A stretch of DNA of 64,000 bases, taken from contig CAWBOS010000012.1 in the NCBI GenBank assembly GCA_963790475.1, positions 1,280,001 to 1,344,000 of the forward strand, read 5' to 3'. Shown one piece after another: positions 1 through 9,472 of the stretch. The notes beneath the pieces are model-generated. The model was not told the origin of the DNA, ran no database searches, and saw only the letters and a list, made by a program, of their open reading frames with translations. How positions within the stretch are numbered: the first letter of the stretch is position 1; each line of letters begins with the position of its first letter. The stretch is from an uncultured delta proteobacterium (GTDB lineage Bacteria > Desulfobacterota > RBG-13-43-22). Position numbers and translations under genes: made by a program.

Positions 1-94
1 TTGCGGCGCCAACGACAGCAAAAAGAAAATACCTGTATTTATCCTGCGACAACCGAAGTTGTCGATGAGCCTCAGGAAAGTTTTCATCTCCCAT
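1..94 (-). CDS. Hypothetical cassette-type protein, N-terminus only (runs off window)
   Basis: ATG at 94 with AGAGAGG RBS, just downstream of the attC core GTTAGGT; reads MGDENFPEAHRQLRLSQDKYRYFLFAVVGAA without a stop. Confidence 0.55.
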   Translation of the reverse strand, partial: MGDENFPEAHRQLRLSQDKYRYFLFAVVGAA

Positions 95-126
95 ACGTTT
101 TACCTCTCTAAGAATAAAGTTGAGTC

Positions 127-194
127 ACCTAACCCCGTGGATCAGGCGCGATGGGCGCCAGTGGCAACTGGCTCCCTGCTGCCGCTTGTTCGGC
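127..194 (-). other. Integron attC recombination site
   Basis: Minus strand GCCGAAC-aagcggcagCAGG...CCTGatccacggg-GTTAGGT: R''/R' cores, imperfect L boxes, 68 bp, overlapping the 3' end of the upstream ORF as is typical for cassettes. Confidence 0.7.
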
Positions 195-941
195 ATGCCC
201 TCTGAAGTACGTCGCTACCTTCTCCCGAAGCTCTTGTTGGCGCGCGGTAAAGTCCCGCACCCGTCCACCGTTGGCACCGGAAGGATGTGGAAACCCGAAG
301 AGGCAGCGCTCCGCAGATACATCTCCACGACCCGCAAGATACTCAAGCGCCGCTGAGACCGCATTGCCGAGCGGGATGATGAGGGCGTCCGGCACACTCG
401 CGAGCTCTGGTGCCAGCATCGACTCCACACACTCCTGCAGAAAGAGATTCCGCAGCATGTCGGGGCCGTGGCCGGTGTAATTGCGCCCTTTGACGAAGAC
501 GGGATAGCGGATCGCCGACCCGGTGTGGACCAACGCAGCGGCTGATCCGAACAACTCCGAGGTGGATTTGATGCCTAGAAACGATGGCGCGCCCAAGTCG
601 TCGAGCATTCGAATGAGGTTCGTGCGCATCGTGCCCGCGAAGCTGGCGTTCTGTTTCGCCCGCCTGCAGATTTCTTCTGCCGGGATGCCAAGCTCCATTT
701 CCCTGCGTGCCACTCGATACGCGATTTCCATCTGGGTCCATCCCGGCGTGATGCCGAGCAGCACGATGGCGGCCGATGGATTCACTGCACCAAACGGTGC
801 GTAGTACATCTCCAGGCTGTCTTCTTGGTGCAGTCGCAGGGAGGGAATCAGTAGGTCGGCTCGCTCGAAGCGCTCGCGCACCGGAAACGCGCGGATGACG
901 TCCTCGAAGTCAGAGAAGAGGTTGGGATGTGCGATCCTCAT
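129..941 (-). CDS. Uracil-DNA glycosylase-superfamily protein (cassette-borne)
   Basis: Motifs IVLLGITPG (motif A-like) and FPHPSGANG (motif B HPS); higher GC than neighbours; preceded by GTTAG core, ends in attC. Confidence 0.6.
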   Translation of the reverse strand: MRIAHPNLFSDFEDVIRAFPVRERFERADLLIPSLRLHQEDSLEMYYAPFGAVNPSAAIVLLGITPGWTQMEIAYRVARREMELGIPAEEICRRAKQNASFAGTMRTNLIRMLDDLGAPSFLGIKSTSELFGSAAALVHTGSAIRYPVFVKGRNYTGHGPDMLRNLFLQECVESMLAPELASVPDALIIPLGNAVSAALEYLAGRGDVSAERCLFGFPHPSGANGGRVRDFTARQQELREKVATYFRGHAEQAAAGSQLPLAPIAPDPRG

Positions 942-1002
942 CCGTGATTCACCCCCTAACAAGTTATTTTTATCAAAATAGGGACAGCGCCCATATATTA
1001 AC

Positions 1003-1542
1003 TCAAGGATTTTCAGTTCTATCCCGTTTTACGTATTCCCAATAATCGGAGTAGATCTTGTTGATGAGTTCCTCCAACGTCCGCGTGCCGATAAAAGCTT
1101 GACAGTGTATCTTCTCCTTCTCTACTCGTTCTTCTTCTACCCGCTTTTCATGCCCCTCTTCGTCAAATGGACTCAACTTTTCTTCCATGTCCCTTTTTGC
1201 GTGTTCCAATGGAATTCCCTTAGCGTCATCGGCTTCCACTTCCTTGAGTATTTCATCAACCCCTGATTCCATAGGGTCCTGTTCCCTTTCGTATCCAGGC
1301 TCTGGAATGTTGTCATAATCGAGGATTGGCTGGCCGAATGCCTCGGCCATCATTACCCATGCATGTCGTAGCTCTTCTATGTTCTCCCCAAAGGGCTCTG
1401 TTGGGTCTTGGGTGATGGCTCCAACATGTCCGTTCCTGTCGTAGTACGCCTCATGTATAGCATATGTGAAGTATGCTCTTTTCATCTTGTCTTTGGCGTC
1501 AGCGTCGACATTCTTTTTCCGGACGACTCTATAATTCCACAT
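1003..1542 (-). CDS. Hypothetical protein (cassette-like)
   Basis: 179-aa ORF, MWNYRV...IHEAYYD; GTTAGTA directly before the ATG. Confidence 0.65.
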   Translation of the reverse strand: MWNYRVVRKKNVDADAKDKMKRAYFTYAIHEAYYDRNGHVGAITQDPTEPFGENIEELRHAWVMMAEAFGQPILDYDNIPEPGYEREQDPMESGVDEILKEVEADDAKGIPLEHAKRDMEEKLSPFDEEGHEKRVEEERVEKEKIHCQAFIGTRTLEELINKIYSDYWEYVKRDRTENP

Positions 1543-1543
1543 G

Positions 1544-1630
1544 TACTAACCCCTATGCCACACCCTGCTTGCTTTGAACCCGATTGGTCTTATGCTCAGC
1601 ACCTCCGTCCTGTTGAATGACTCGTTAGAT
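1544..1630 (-). other. Degenerate attC-like site
   Basis: Minus strand ATCTAAC-gagtcattcaacaggacgg (typical attC left half) ... GTTAGTA; right half is not complementary to left half. Confidence 0.4.
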
Positions 1631-1895
1631 GCCGCTTTGAATCAAATTTCAAGGGGTATTTTTCTGGATTTTCAAAGTTATCAATTTCCAAGTCAACATC
1701 CAGCTCAGGCCAATACAAATGATAGTCATGAAGTAGTTGAACATTTTGAATGGAATTTAATGTTTGGTTTTTGAAATAAGGATAATCCTTACAGCTTAGA
1801 AAAAATCCCTTCTCTTTTACATACAGCCATATTCCGAAAGGTGTGATATTTTCAACGCTCACTGAAAAATTTTTTCCATGCTTTAATGATTTCAT
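1596..1895 (-). CDS. DUF2442-family protein (putative TA component)
   Basis: VENITPFGIWL...YPYF...LYWPELDVDL signature; C-terminus runs into attC left half. Confidence 0.75.
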   Translation of the reverse strand: MKSLKHGKNFSVSVENITPFGIWLYVKEKGFFLSCKDYPYFKNQTLNSIQNVQLLHDYHLYWPELDVDLEIDNFENPEKYPLKFDSKRHLTSHSTGRRC

Positions 1896-1897
1896 CT

Positions 1898-2002
1898 TTA
1901 TTCTCCCCGACAATACTCCCTCGCCTGAAACCCCAGATTATATGCTAACGCCAAAGGCTTAAGCTTAAGCCAGACCTTGGCCAAGAAAGCGTCCCGGTCG
2001 AT
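1898..2002 (-). pseudogene. DUF4160-family remnant
   Basis: IDRDAFLAKVWLK(LK)PLALAYNLGFQARE resembles the DUF4160 AKFWL...N.GF..RE segment; no start, 6-bp CTTAAG duplication; sits directly upstream of DUF2442, its usual partner. Confidence 0.55.
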
Positions 2003-2084
2003 TATGCAACTTATTATAAAGGGTAAATAGTATCTTAACAAATGATTTTTATCGCTTACCTGGCGTGGGGGAAATACGAAGATC

Positions 2085-3359
2085 TTAAGATTGGCAAAAG
2101 ATATGGGCGAAGACCTGGGCGTCTTTGATGAGAGCAGAAAGCCGGCAGAACTCATTGGGTCGATGAGCGGTGCCCGAGGACGTTAACCAGACGGCCGCCG
2201 GAAGCCCGGCCTGGCGGAAAAAGGCGGCTACGGTGCCCCCACCGATACCGTAGGGGAAGGCCTTTTTATGATGCACGGCCCAGATGGCTTTTTGTAAAGC
2301 CTTTACGACCGGGGCCTCGGCCTTCGTTTCCGGCGGGGCCTGAATCTTATTGACCACTTCGATTTTTATTCCCAATCCGGTTTTTTTGCCCACCTCAGCG
2401 GCGATGTCTTTTATCTTGTTAATGACCTCGGTTAATGGATACCCAGGCAGAACCCGGCAATCCAAATAAAAAACATCCTGCCCGGGGATAGTATTGACAT
2501 TGGGCACATTGGCTTCTTTTTGAGTCGGTTCAAAGGTGCTTTTCGGGAAATCGAAACGAAGGTCTTTTTTATTAAAAAAACGGGGCAGCTTTTCCAGGGC
2601 CAGGATCAAATGGGCGGTGCCTCGCAGGGTGTTAAGGCCCATATCCGGACGGCTGCCATGGCATTGCCTTCCGGACAGGGTAAGTTTTATCCAAAGGAGG
2701 CTTTTTTCCGCTACTTCGATCAGGGTCCCTTCCCGGTTTCCAGCATCGGGAATAATAAAAAGGTCATCATCCTTAAACAAACGGCGTTTTCTCTTTAAGA
2801 CATATTCCAGTCCTTTTTGACTCCCGGTTTCTTCATCGGAGACCCACAGGAGCCCGATGGAACAGGTCGGACATACCCCTTCTTCCTGTAAGGCTTTAAC
2901 TGCAAAAAAAGAAGAGACAATACCGTGCTGGTCGTCCTCAGCCCCGCGTCCATAAAGAAAATCCCCTTTCCTTTTCAATTCATAGGGATCGCTTTTCCAC
3001 AACTTCCTGTCTCCGATGGGAACAATATCGATATGACTCAAGATCCAGATCGTTTTGGAAGGACGCTCCCCGGGAAAAAGGGCCAGGAGATTGGAGCGAA
3101 ATCCCTCAGGGACCTGAGGATCGGGACAGGGAATATTGAAAAGGGTTTGGGGCAATAAGGCCTTTAATTGTTTTTCGAGAAAAAAGGCTTTGGCATTTTC
3201 CCCTTGCCCCCCGTTTCGCGGACCCAGGGCCGGGATAGCCGTCAATTCCTGCTGAAGGGTCACCATCGCCTCTTTATACCCCTGGATCCGTTTCTTTATC
3301 CGCGGCCAGGGGTCGGAGGAAGTCTTATCTCGATTAATGGGTCGTGGGGGTCGGGCCAT
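2085..3359 (-). CDS. M20 family metallo-hydrolase (DapE/ArgE-like)
   Basis: SHIDIVP, GRGAEDD, DEETG, HGSRP, AHRPNE motifs. Confidence 0.88.
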   Translation of the reverse strand: MARPPRPINRDKTSSDPWPRIKKRIQGYKEAMVTLQQELTAIPALGPRNGGQGENAKAFFLEKQLKALLPQTLFNIPCPDPQVPEGFRSNLLALFPGERPSKTIWILSHIDIVPIGDRKLWKSDPYELKRKGDFLYGRGAEDDQHGIVSSFFAVKALQEEGVCPTCSIGLLWVSDEETGSQKGLEYVLKRKRRLFKDDDLFIIPDAGNREGTLIEVAEKSLLWIKLTLSGRQCHGSRPDMGLNTLRGTAHLILALEKLPRFFNKKDLRFDFPKSTFEPTQKEANVPNVNTIPGQDVFYLDCRVLPGYPLTEVINKIKDIAAEVGKKTGLGIKIEVVNKIQAPPETKAEAPVVKALQKAIWAVHHKKAFPYGIGGGTVAAFFRQAGLPAAVWLTSSGTAHRPNEFCRLSALIKDAQVFAHIFCQS

Positions 3360-4699
3360 TTTGAATCCCTTCGATTTGCGATGACAGGAAATGGATTTGT
3401 TTGGAAATCTCCGGATTTTTTTTAAGGCCCTTTTCCACGGTGCTGACCGCATAGATCACCGAGGTCGTATCCCGATTGAAGGCCTTGCCGATGGTCTCTA
3501 AGGTGTGGTCGGTATATTTCCTGCTCAAAAAAATGGAAAGGTTTCGGGGAAGAAGATGAATCCGTTTCCGGGAACGGGAGGTCATCTCTTCCAAAGAAAC
3601 CCGAAAATATTTTCCGACCAGATCTTTGATGGCTTGAATGGAAACTTCCTTTTTTTCTTCCAACTGTTCATTGACCACCAATTCAGCCAGGGAAAGATCC
3701 AGCCTCTGGTTCATCAAGGTGGCCTGAGCCGACATCCGTATCAGACAGCCCTCCAACTGCCTCATGTCTTTGAAGGGTTTGCCCGCCAGAAATTGTTTGA
3801 CCTCCTCATGAAGACCTATCCCCAAAAAATTGGATTTCTTTTCTACAATCGCCCAAACGGGTTTCAAAATCAGGGGGATCGATGGAGCCGATCAAGGCTG
3901 AACTCAAACGGGATTTTAATTTGCTGCCCAGGCGGGGAATATCCTTGGGCGGCAGCGAACTGGTGAAAATAATTTTTTTGTTGTCGTTGAACAAGGTGTC
4001 CAGGGTATAGCCCAACTCCGTCTGGGTGGTTTCTTTTCCGCTCAGGAAATGGACCTCTTCCAAAAGAAGAAAATCGCAGTTTTTTCGATACTTGTCTTTG
4101 AAGGAATTCATGGAATTGGTCTTGATGGATTCGACCATTTCATTGGTAAAGTCTTCGGTGGAAAGATACAAGACCTTGGCCTGGGGTTTGTGTTTCTGGA
4201 TATAATTACCTACGGCTTGTGACAAATGGGTCTTGCCCAAACCGGAGGAGGAAAAAAGATACAAGGCATTATTATGAAGATTTTTTTCGGTGGCCAGGGC
4301 CATGGAAGCCAGGTAGGCAAAATGGTTGCTGGGACCGGTCACGAATTGATCAAAAGTAAACCCTCCGTTTAGGCGCTGTTGTCCTTTTCGGTCGAATCCG
4401 GGCAGGATGAACTGTTGAGTCTGGGCCGGAGAGGAAGGAAGTGTTCGGTTTGGAGGCGGAGCAGAAACCCGCAAGTTGATCTTCGGAGTTTCCGGATCCA
4501 GGTTATGGGCGGCTTGAACGATTGCGGCTAAATATTTATCTCTGACCCAATCCCGGAAAAAGGGGTTGGGACAACCCAAGATGAGTTCCTGATCCCCGGA
4601 CTCAAGGAGGTCCAGAGGTTCGATCCACATCCGATATTGATTATCAGGGATTTCGATCTGAAGTTTTTCTTTAATGGCCTGCCAGAGTGTATCCATCAT
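3334..4699 (-). CDS. dnaA: Replication initiator DnaA (paralogue); +1 frameshift near 3852
   Basis: FTFDQFVTGPSN, Walker A GLGKTHL, RLKSRL-like box, domain IV IGKAFNRD; two overlapping ORFs joined by removing one G in TTGGGCG. Confidence 0.88.
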
Positions 4700-5031
4700 G
4701 AAATCGAATTCTTCTCCTTACGGTCCAAAACGAAAAAAATTGACCGGGATGCTTTTCAAAAATCTTAATTCATGATCCGCCTGCGGCAGACCAAGAAAGC
4801 CAAATTTTTTTAGGTAATTTACCTTGCCGGGAAACCCAGACCTTGGTCGGGGAACTTCCGGAGTCGATTGACCACTGCTCGTAAGGTTAAAGGCAACTAT
4901 TCCAAAGTCTCTTGCTTAAACATTTTTCAATCACCCCGCTGATGAGACGCGGGAAATTGTTCCATCGTTTGGGCCAAAGACCTATGAAGAAGGGTTCAAA
5001 AAGGAGAACCCCGTTAGGTTGGATGAATGTG

Positions 5032-5060
5032 TATTTATCTCAGGAATGGAGGGCTGTCAA
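5032..5060 (-). promoter_or_regulatory. Putative sigma70 promoter for dnaA
   Basis: TTGACA-17 bp-TAAATA on the minus strand. Confidence 0.45.
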
Positions 5061-5460
5061 ACCCTAAAGAGCGGACTTTGAAGTTAGCCTGCCGGACGCA
5101 TCAACAAGGTGTAAAAGCGGCCTCTAACTTGAGTTAAGGAAGATTCCCCCGGCTAACCTGTTAAAACCATGCTCTATTGAGTGAAATCAAAAAATAAATG
5201 GGAATCTATAGCGGTTAGAAAAGAAAACTCCCAAAGGGACCTTTTCTTCTCTTTAAACGATCTTCTGTTTCCTATGTTTTTCTCGCTTTTTTAAAGGCCC
5301 CCTCAATAAGGGTTCAATAAATCGGTTATTGCACTGGCCTCGGATTGATAATCATCGAAATGGCCAAGGGTTTGGTTTGGTCAATATCCCTTTGGGGCAT
5401 GGATAGGGGATGAGGTAAAGACCGCGAGGGAAACTATTCTTATTTTAGTGCCTTGGCCGA

Positions 5461-6813
5461 TCAGAATTTTTTTTGAACCTGGTGGAGAATCCCTTCAATT
5501 AAATTTTGAATCTCTTGTAATCGTTCCGGGGACCGGGCTTCAAATCGTAAAACCAGAACCGGCTGGGTATTGGAAGCCCGGATCAGACCCCATCCGTCCT
5601 CAAATTTAACCCGGACTCCATCGACATCGATAATGGAAAACCTTTGAGCCAGTTCGTTTTTGACCGCTTCCACCACCTGAAATTTGGTCTCTTCCCTGGT
5701 TTCGACCCGAATCTCCGGTGTGGAATAGGTCGTAGCCAGGCCGGATAACAACTCGGGGATTTTTTTTCCGGTTTTTGATAAAATTTCCAGGAGCCGTAAA
5801 GAGGCATAGACAGCATCGTCAAACCCGAAATACCGATCGGCAAAAAACAAGTGGCCGCTCATCTCGCCGGCCAGGACTGCCTGGACCTCTTTCATCTTTT
5901 GTTTGATCAGGGAATGGCCGGTTTTCCACATCAGGATCTTTCCTCCCTGCCGGGGAATATCATCGTATAGATTCTGGGAACATTTCACCTCGCCTATAAA
6001 AGTGGCCCCGGGCCGTCCGGGGAGGATGTCACGGGCAAAAAGGATCAACAACTCATCCCCCCAGATGATGTCCCCGGCATGATCGACCACCCCCAGCCGG
6101 TCTCCATCCCCATCATAGGCCAATCCAACATCGAGATGTTCCCGGTTGACCAGGTCGATCAACTCCTTTAGATTTTTAGGTACGGTTGGGTCCGGTTGGT
6201 GGTGGGGAAAGGACCCGTCTATTTCGCAATATAAATCAAAGACCTCACAGCCAAGTTGGCGGATGATCGGCAGGGCCGTCCAACCCCCGGTCCCGTTTCC
6301 ACCGTCGATGCCTACCCTCAGGGCGTGTGGCAAATGAATATCTTTATAAATAAACTCCTGGTAAGCCGGGAGGACATTTTCCTCCCTGACCGACCCGATA
6401 CCGGTCATGAACTTTCCTTGCTCGGCAATCAGACCTAACCGCTGAATCTCGGCCCCGAAGATGGTATCCGGCCCGCTGCATACTTTGAATCCGTTGTATT
6501 CCGGTGGGTTGTGACTGGCGGTGATCATGACCCCGCCATCGGTTTTGAAATGACGTATGGAAAAATAGAGCAAGGGGGATGGACAAACCCCGATGTCTAT
6601 GACCTGACAACCCGTGGATAGGAGCCCCTTTAACAAATAGTCTCGAAAGGCATTGGAACTAAGCCGGCCATCCCGGCCCAATGCAATTTGTTTTTTTCCG
6701 GCTTGACCCAGGTAAGTGCCAATGGCCTTTCCCATGGTCTCCACTTCTTCCAGAGTGATCTCTTTACCGACAATGGCCCTTATGTCGTATTCTCGAAATA
6801 TTTGTGGGTTCAT
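5461..6813 (-). CDS. Phosphomannomutase/phosphoglucomutase
   Basis: IFREYDIR, ITASHNP, DGDGDR, GEMSGH motifs. Confidence 0.95.
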   Translation of the reverse strand: MNPQIFREYDIRAIVGKEITLEEVETMGKAIGTYLGQAGKKQIALGRDGRLSSNAFRDYLLKGLLSTGCQVIDIGVCPSPLLYFSIRHFKTDGGVMITASHNPPEYNGFKVCSGPDTIFGAEIQRLGLIAEQGKFMTGIGSVREENVLPAYQEFIYKDIHLPHALRVGIDGGNGTGGWTALPIIRQLGCEVFDLYCEIDGSFPHHQPDPTVPKNLKELIDLVNREHLDVGLAYDGDGDRLGVVDHAGDIIWGDELLILFARDILPGRPGATFIGEVKCSQNLYDDIPRQGGKILMWKTGHSLIKQKMKEVQAVLAGEMSGHLFFADRYFGFDDAVYASLRLLEILSKTGKKIPELLSGLATTYSTPEIRVETREETKFQVVEAVKNELAQRFSIIDVDGVRVKFEDGWGLIRASNTQPVLVLRFEARSPERLQEIQNLIEGILHQVQKKF

Positions 6814-6903
6814 TTATTTCCTCCTGATCCGAGTGAATTGAAAAATCTTTCTGTTGGATTCTTACATTAGATCATCTGGGAATTGATTACGAACATAAAC
6901 ACT

Positions 6904-6983
6904 GTTGCGGGTTTCAGGTTACGGGTTGCGAACTAAGAGAGCGAAGTCTTTTCTCTAACAACTCGTAACGCTCAACCCATAAC
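6904..6983. repeat. Inverted pair of degenerate heptamer tandem repeats
   Basis: gttgcgg-gtttcag-gttacgg-gttgcga ... aactcgt-aacgctc-aacccat-aac. Confidence 0.6.
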
Positions 6984-7021
6984 TTTTATTGGAAAAATTT
7001 CAAATAGGTTGGGTAAGTTTT

Positions 7022-8104
7022 TTATAACAGCTCAAGTTTTCCTTGAGCTTCCAACATCTCTACGATTTTCTTAACCTCCTGGGCCCTGTCCCGGGGACAA
7101 ATCAAGAGGGCATCCGGAGTATCAACCACGATGAGATCTTTCATCCCGATCAATCCTACGGCCTTTTGAGGGCTATGTACCAGGCAACCCCGGCTATCCA
7201 GGACCAGAATCGGACCAGTCAGATAATTTCCTTGTTCATCTTTGGGTTCCAACTGATAGACCGCCTCCCAACTGCCTACATCATTCCATCCGAAATCCCC
7301 GGCCAGCATGAGGACTTTTTCGGCCTTTTCCATAACGGCATAATCAATGGAGACATTCTCCATGGCCTCATAACCGGTCTTTAGGGCCTCTTCCCATCCC
7401 GGGGTGCCCAGGCATTTTTTGAGTTTTATCAATTCGCCGTACATGGTCGGTGTCAGCCGGGCCATTTGTTCCATGATGGCCGAAACGGTCCAGACAAACA
7501 TCCCGCTGTTCCAAAAAAACCGGCCGGTCTTGAGCATGGCTTCAGCCTTAGGGCGGTCCGGTTTTTCATGAAAGGCCTTTACCTCCCAAACCTCATGGCC
7601 ATTGACTTCCGAAACCTTTCCCCCCCTTTCCAGATAACCATATCCGGTTTCCGGAAAGGTTGGAGTGATCCCGAGGGTGACCAGAAAGTTCCCGGATAGA
7701 GCGGTCCGGGCCGCAGCCAACAGGGTCTCCTGAAAATCAGGGATCCGGGAGATATAATGATCGGCGGGAAGAACAACCATCGTAGCCGCCGGATCGATAC
7801 TTTCCAGGATCAAGGCTGCCAGGCCGATACAAGGGGCCGTATTCCTGCCCAGGGGCTCCACTATCAGCCGGGATTCCGGCAATTCCGGCAGCAGATCTTT
7901 GATAGCCTCGGCTTGAGAGATTTCGGTTACTATAAAAATGTGCTCCCGGTCGGTAAAGGGAAGCAGGCGGTCAATGGTTTGCTCCAGGATCGACTTGGGA
8001 CCGACAATGTCCAGAAGTTGTTTGGGCCGTTTGGACCGGCTCCTGGGCCAGAAACGAGTGCCCCGGCCCCCGGCCATGATTACAAAATATAAAGAGGTGT
8101 TCAT
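7022..8104 (-). CDS. manC: Mannose-1-phosphate guanylyltransferase
   Basis: MAGGRGTRFWPRS, PADH, ETGYGY, WNSGMF, SIDYAVME, WNDVGSW. Confidence 0.93.
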   Translation of the reverse strand: MNTSLYFVIMAGGRGTRFWPRSRSKRPKQLLDIVGPKSILEQTIDRLLPFTDREHIFIVTEISQAEAIKDLLPELPESRLIVEPLGRNTAPCIGLAALILESIDPAATMVVLPADHYISRIPDFQETLLAAARTALSGNFLVTLGITPTFPETGYGYLERGGKVSEVNGHEVWEVKAFHEKPDRPKAEAMLKTGRFFWNSGMFVWTVSAIMEQMARLTPTMYGELIKLKKCLGTPGWEEALKTGYEAMENVSIDYAVMEKAEKVLMLAGDFGWNDVGSWEAVYQLEPKDEQGNYLTGPILVLDSRGCLVHSPQKAVGLIGMKDLIVVDTPDALLICPRDRAQEVKKIVEMLEAQGKLELL

Positions 8105-8284
8105 AATGACCCGTTTTGATTTTTCGGTTAGTTTCTTCTTAAGCGATATTTAATAAAGTTCAAAGTTCGATGTTCAACGTCAATAGTTAACTGTTTTTGG
8201 CTTAATGTCTATGACTTGTGGATTTTTATGATCCTTAAATCTGGCATCAAAAATCTTAAACCTTAAACCTTGACCCCGTTGTCT

Positions 8285-9472
8285 TTATTGCCCGGCCTCA
8301 GCCGTCCGGCCTTTCCCATCTTTCCAGAAAGGAGAGATCTCCCTGAGGCGTTGGATGATCGGCGGAAGATGCTCCAGGACATAATCGATCTCTTCCTCGG
8401 TATTATAAATGCTGAGGCTGAAGCGAATGGAACCGTGAGCGGCGGTAAAAGGCACGCCCATGGCCCGGAGCACATGAGAGGGTTCCAGGGATCCGGAAGT
8501 GCAGGCCGATCCTGAGGAAGCACAGACCCCCAGATTACTCAGTAGCATGAGGATCGATTCTCCTTCCACATACTCAAAGCTGACACTCAGGGTATTACCC
8601 AGTCTTTCTTTTTGATGTCCGTTGATCAACACCCTGGGAATGGTGTCCAGAATCCCTCGTTCTAATTTATCCCGCAGGGCCCGGACCCGATTATTCTCTT
8701 CGGTCATATTTTTTTGGGCCAGCTCGCAGGCCTTTCCCAGTCCGATGATATAGGGTACGTTTTCAGTCCCTCCGCGACGTCCTCTTTCCTGGTGTCCTCC
8801 GATAATAAAAGGAGTGAACCGGGTCCCTTTGCGGATATAAAGGACCCCGATGCCTTTCGGGGCGTGAAGCTTATGACCGGAAAAGGACAGAAGGTCGATC
8901 GGGACCCGGGACAGATCGATAGGGAGTTTACCCACGGCCTGGACGGCATCGGTATGAAAGACCACCCCCCGGGCCTTGACCAGCCGGGCAACTTCCTCAA
9001 TCGGAAAAAGGACCCCGGTTTCATTATTGGCCCACATGATGCTGACCAGGGCCGTTTCCTCGGTGATGGCCGAGTTCAAAAGATCGGGATCCAGGCGGCC
9101 TTCCCGGTCTACCGGCAGTGAGGTCACTTTATAGCCTTTTTTGATAAGATAGGCGGCCAGGTTTCCGACCGCGGGATGCTCCACCCGAGTGGTAATGATA
9201 TGGTTTTTTTGAGGATAGGAATTCAAAGTGCCCCAGATAGCCGCATTGTCGCTCTCGGTGCCGCAGCTGGTGAAGACGATTTCGGCGGGATCGGCCTGGA
9301 TCAGGGCCGCCACCTGTTCCCTGGCCTGCTGCACCGGTTTGGCCAACTGCCCCCCAAAAGAATGCATGCTGGAGGGATTGCCGTAAAGGTCCGTGAAATA
9401 AGGCAGCATGGCCTCGACCACTTCGGGGGCCGTCCGGGTCGTGGCATTATTGTCCATATAAACTACCCTCAT
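8285..9472 (-). CDS. nifS: Cysteine desulfurase NifS
   Basis: YMDNNATT, SGHKLH PLP lysine, SSGSACTS catalytic Cys. Confidence 0.95.
   Translation of the reverse strand: MRVVYMDNNATTRTAPEVVEAMLPYFTDLYGNPSSMHSFGGQLAKPVQQAREQVAALIQADPAEIVFTSCGTESDNAAIWGTLNSYPQKNHIITTRVEHPAVGNLAAYLIKKGYKVTSLPVDREGRLDPDLLNSAITEETALVSIMWANNETGVLFPIEEVARLVKARGVVFHTDAVQAVGKLPIDLSRVPIDLLSFSGHKLHAPKGIGVLYIRKGTRFTPFIIGGHQERGRRGGTENVPYIIGLGKACELAQKNMTEENNRVRALRDKLERGILDTIPRVLINGHQKERLGNTLSVSFEYVEGESILMLLSNLGVCASSGSACTSGSLEPSHVLRAMGVPFTAAHGSIRFSLSIYNTEEEIDYVLEHLPPIIQRLREISPFWKDGKGRTAEAGQ

Noticed and set aside
1943-1975. GCTTAAGC...GGCGTTAGCA as an attC right half
   Set aside because: No left half, and the sequence is better explained as DUF4160 coding remnant
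2001-2030. dif/Xer-like site (attatgcaacttattataaagggtaaat) at the array boundary
   Set aside because: Only partial XerD-arm similarity and no XerC arm at the correct spacing
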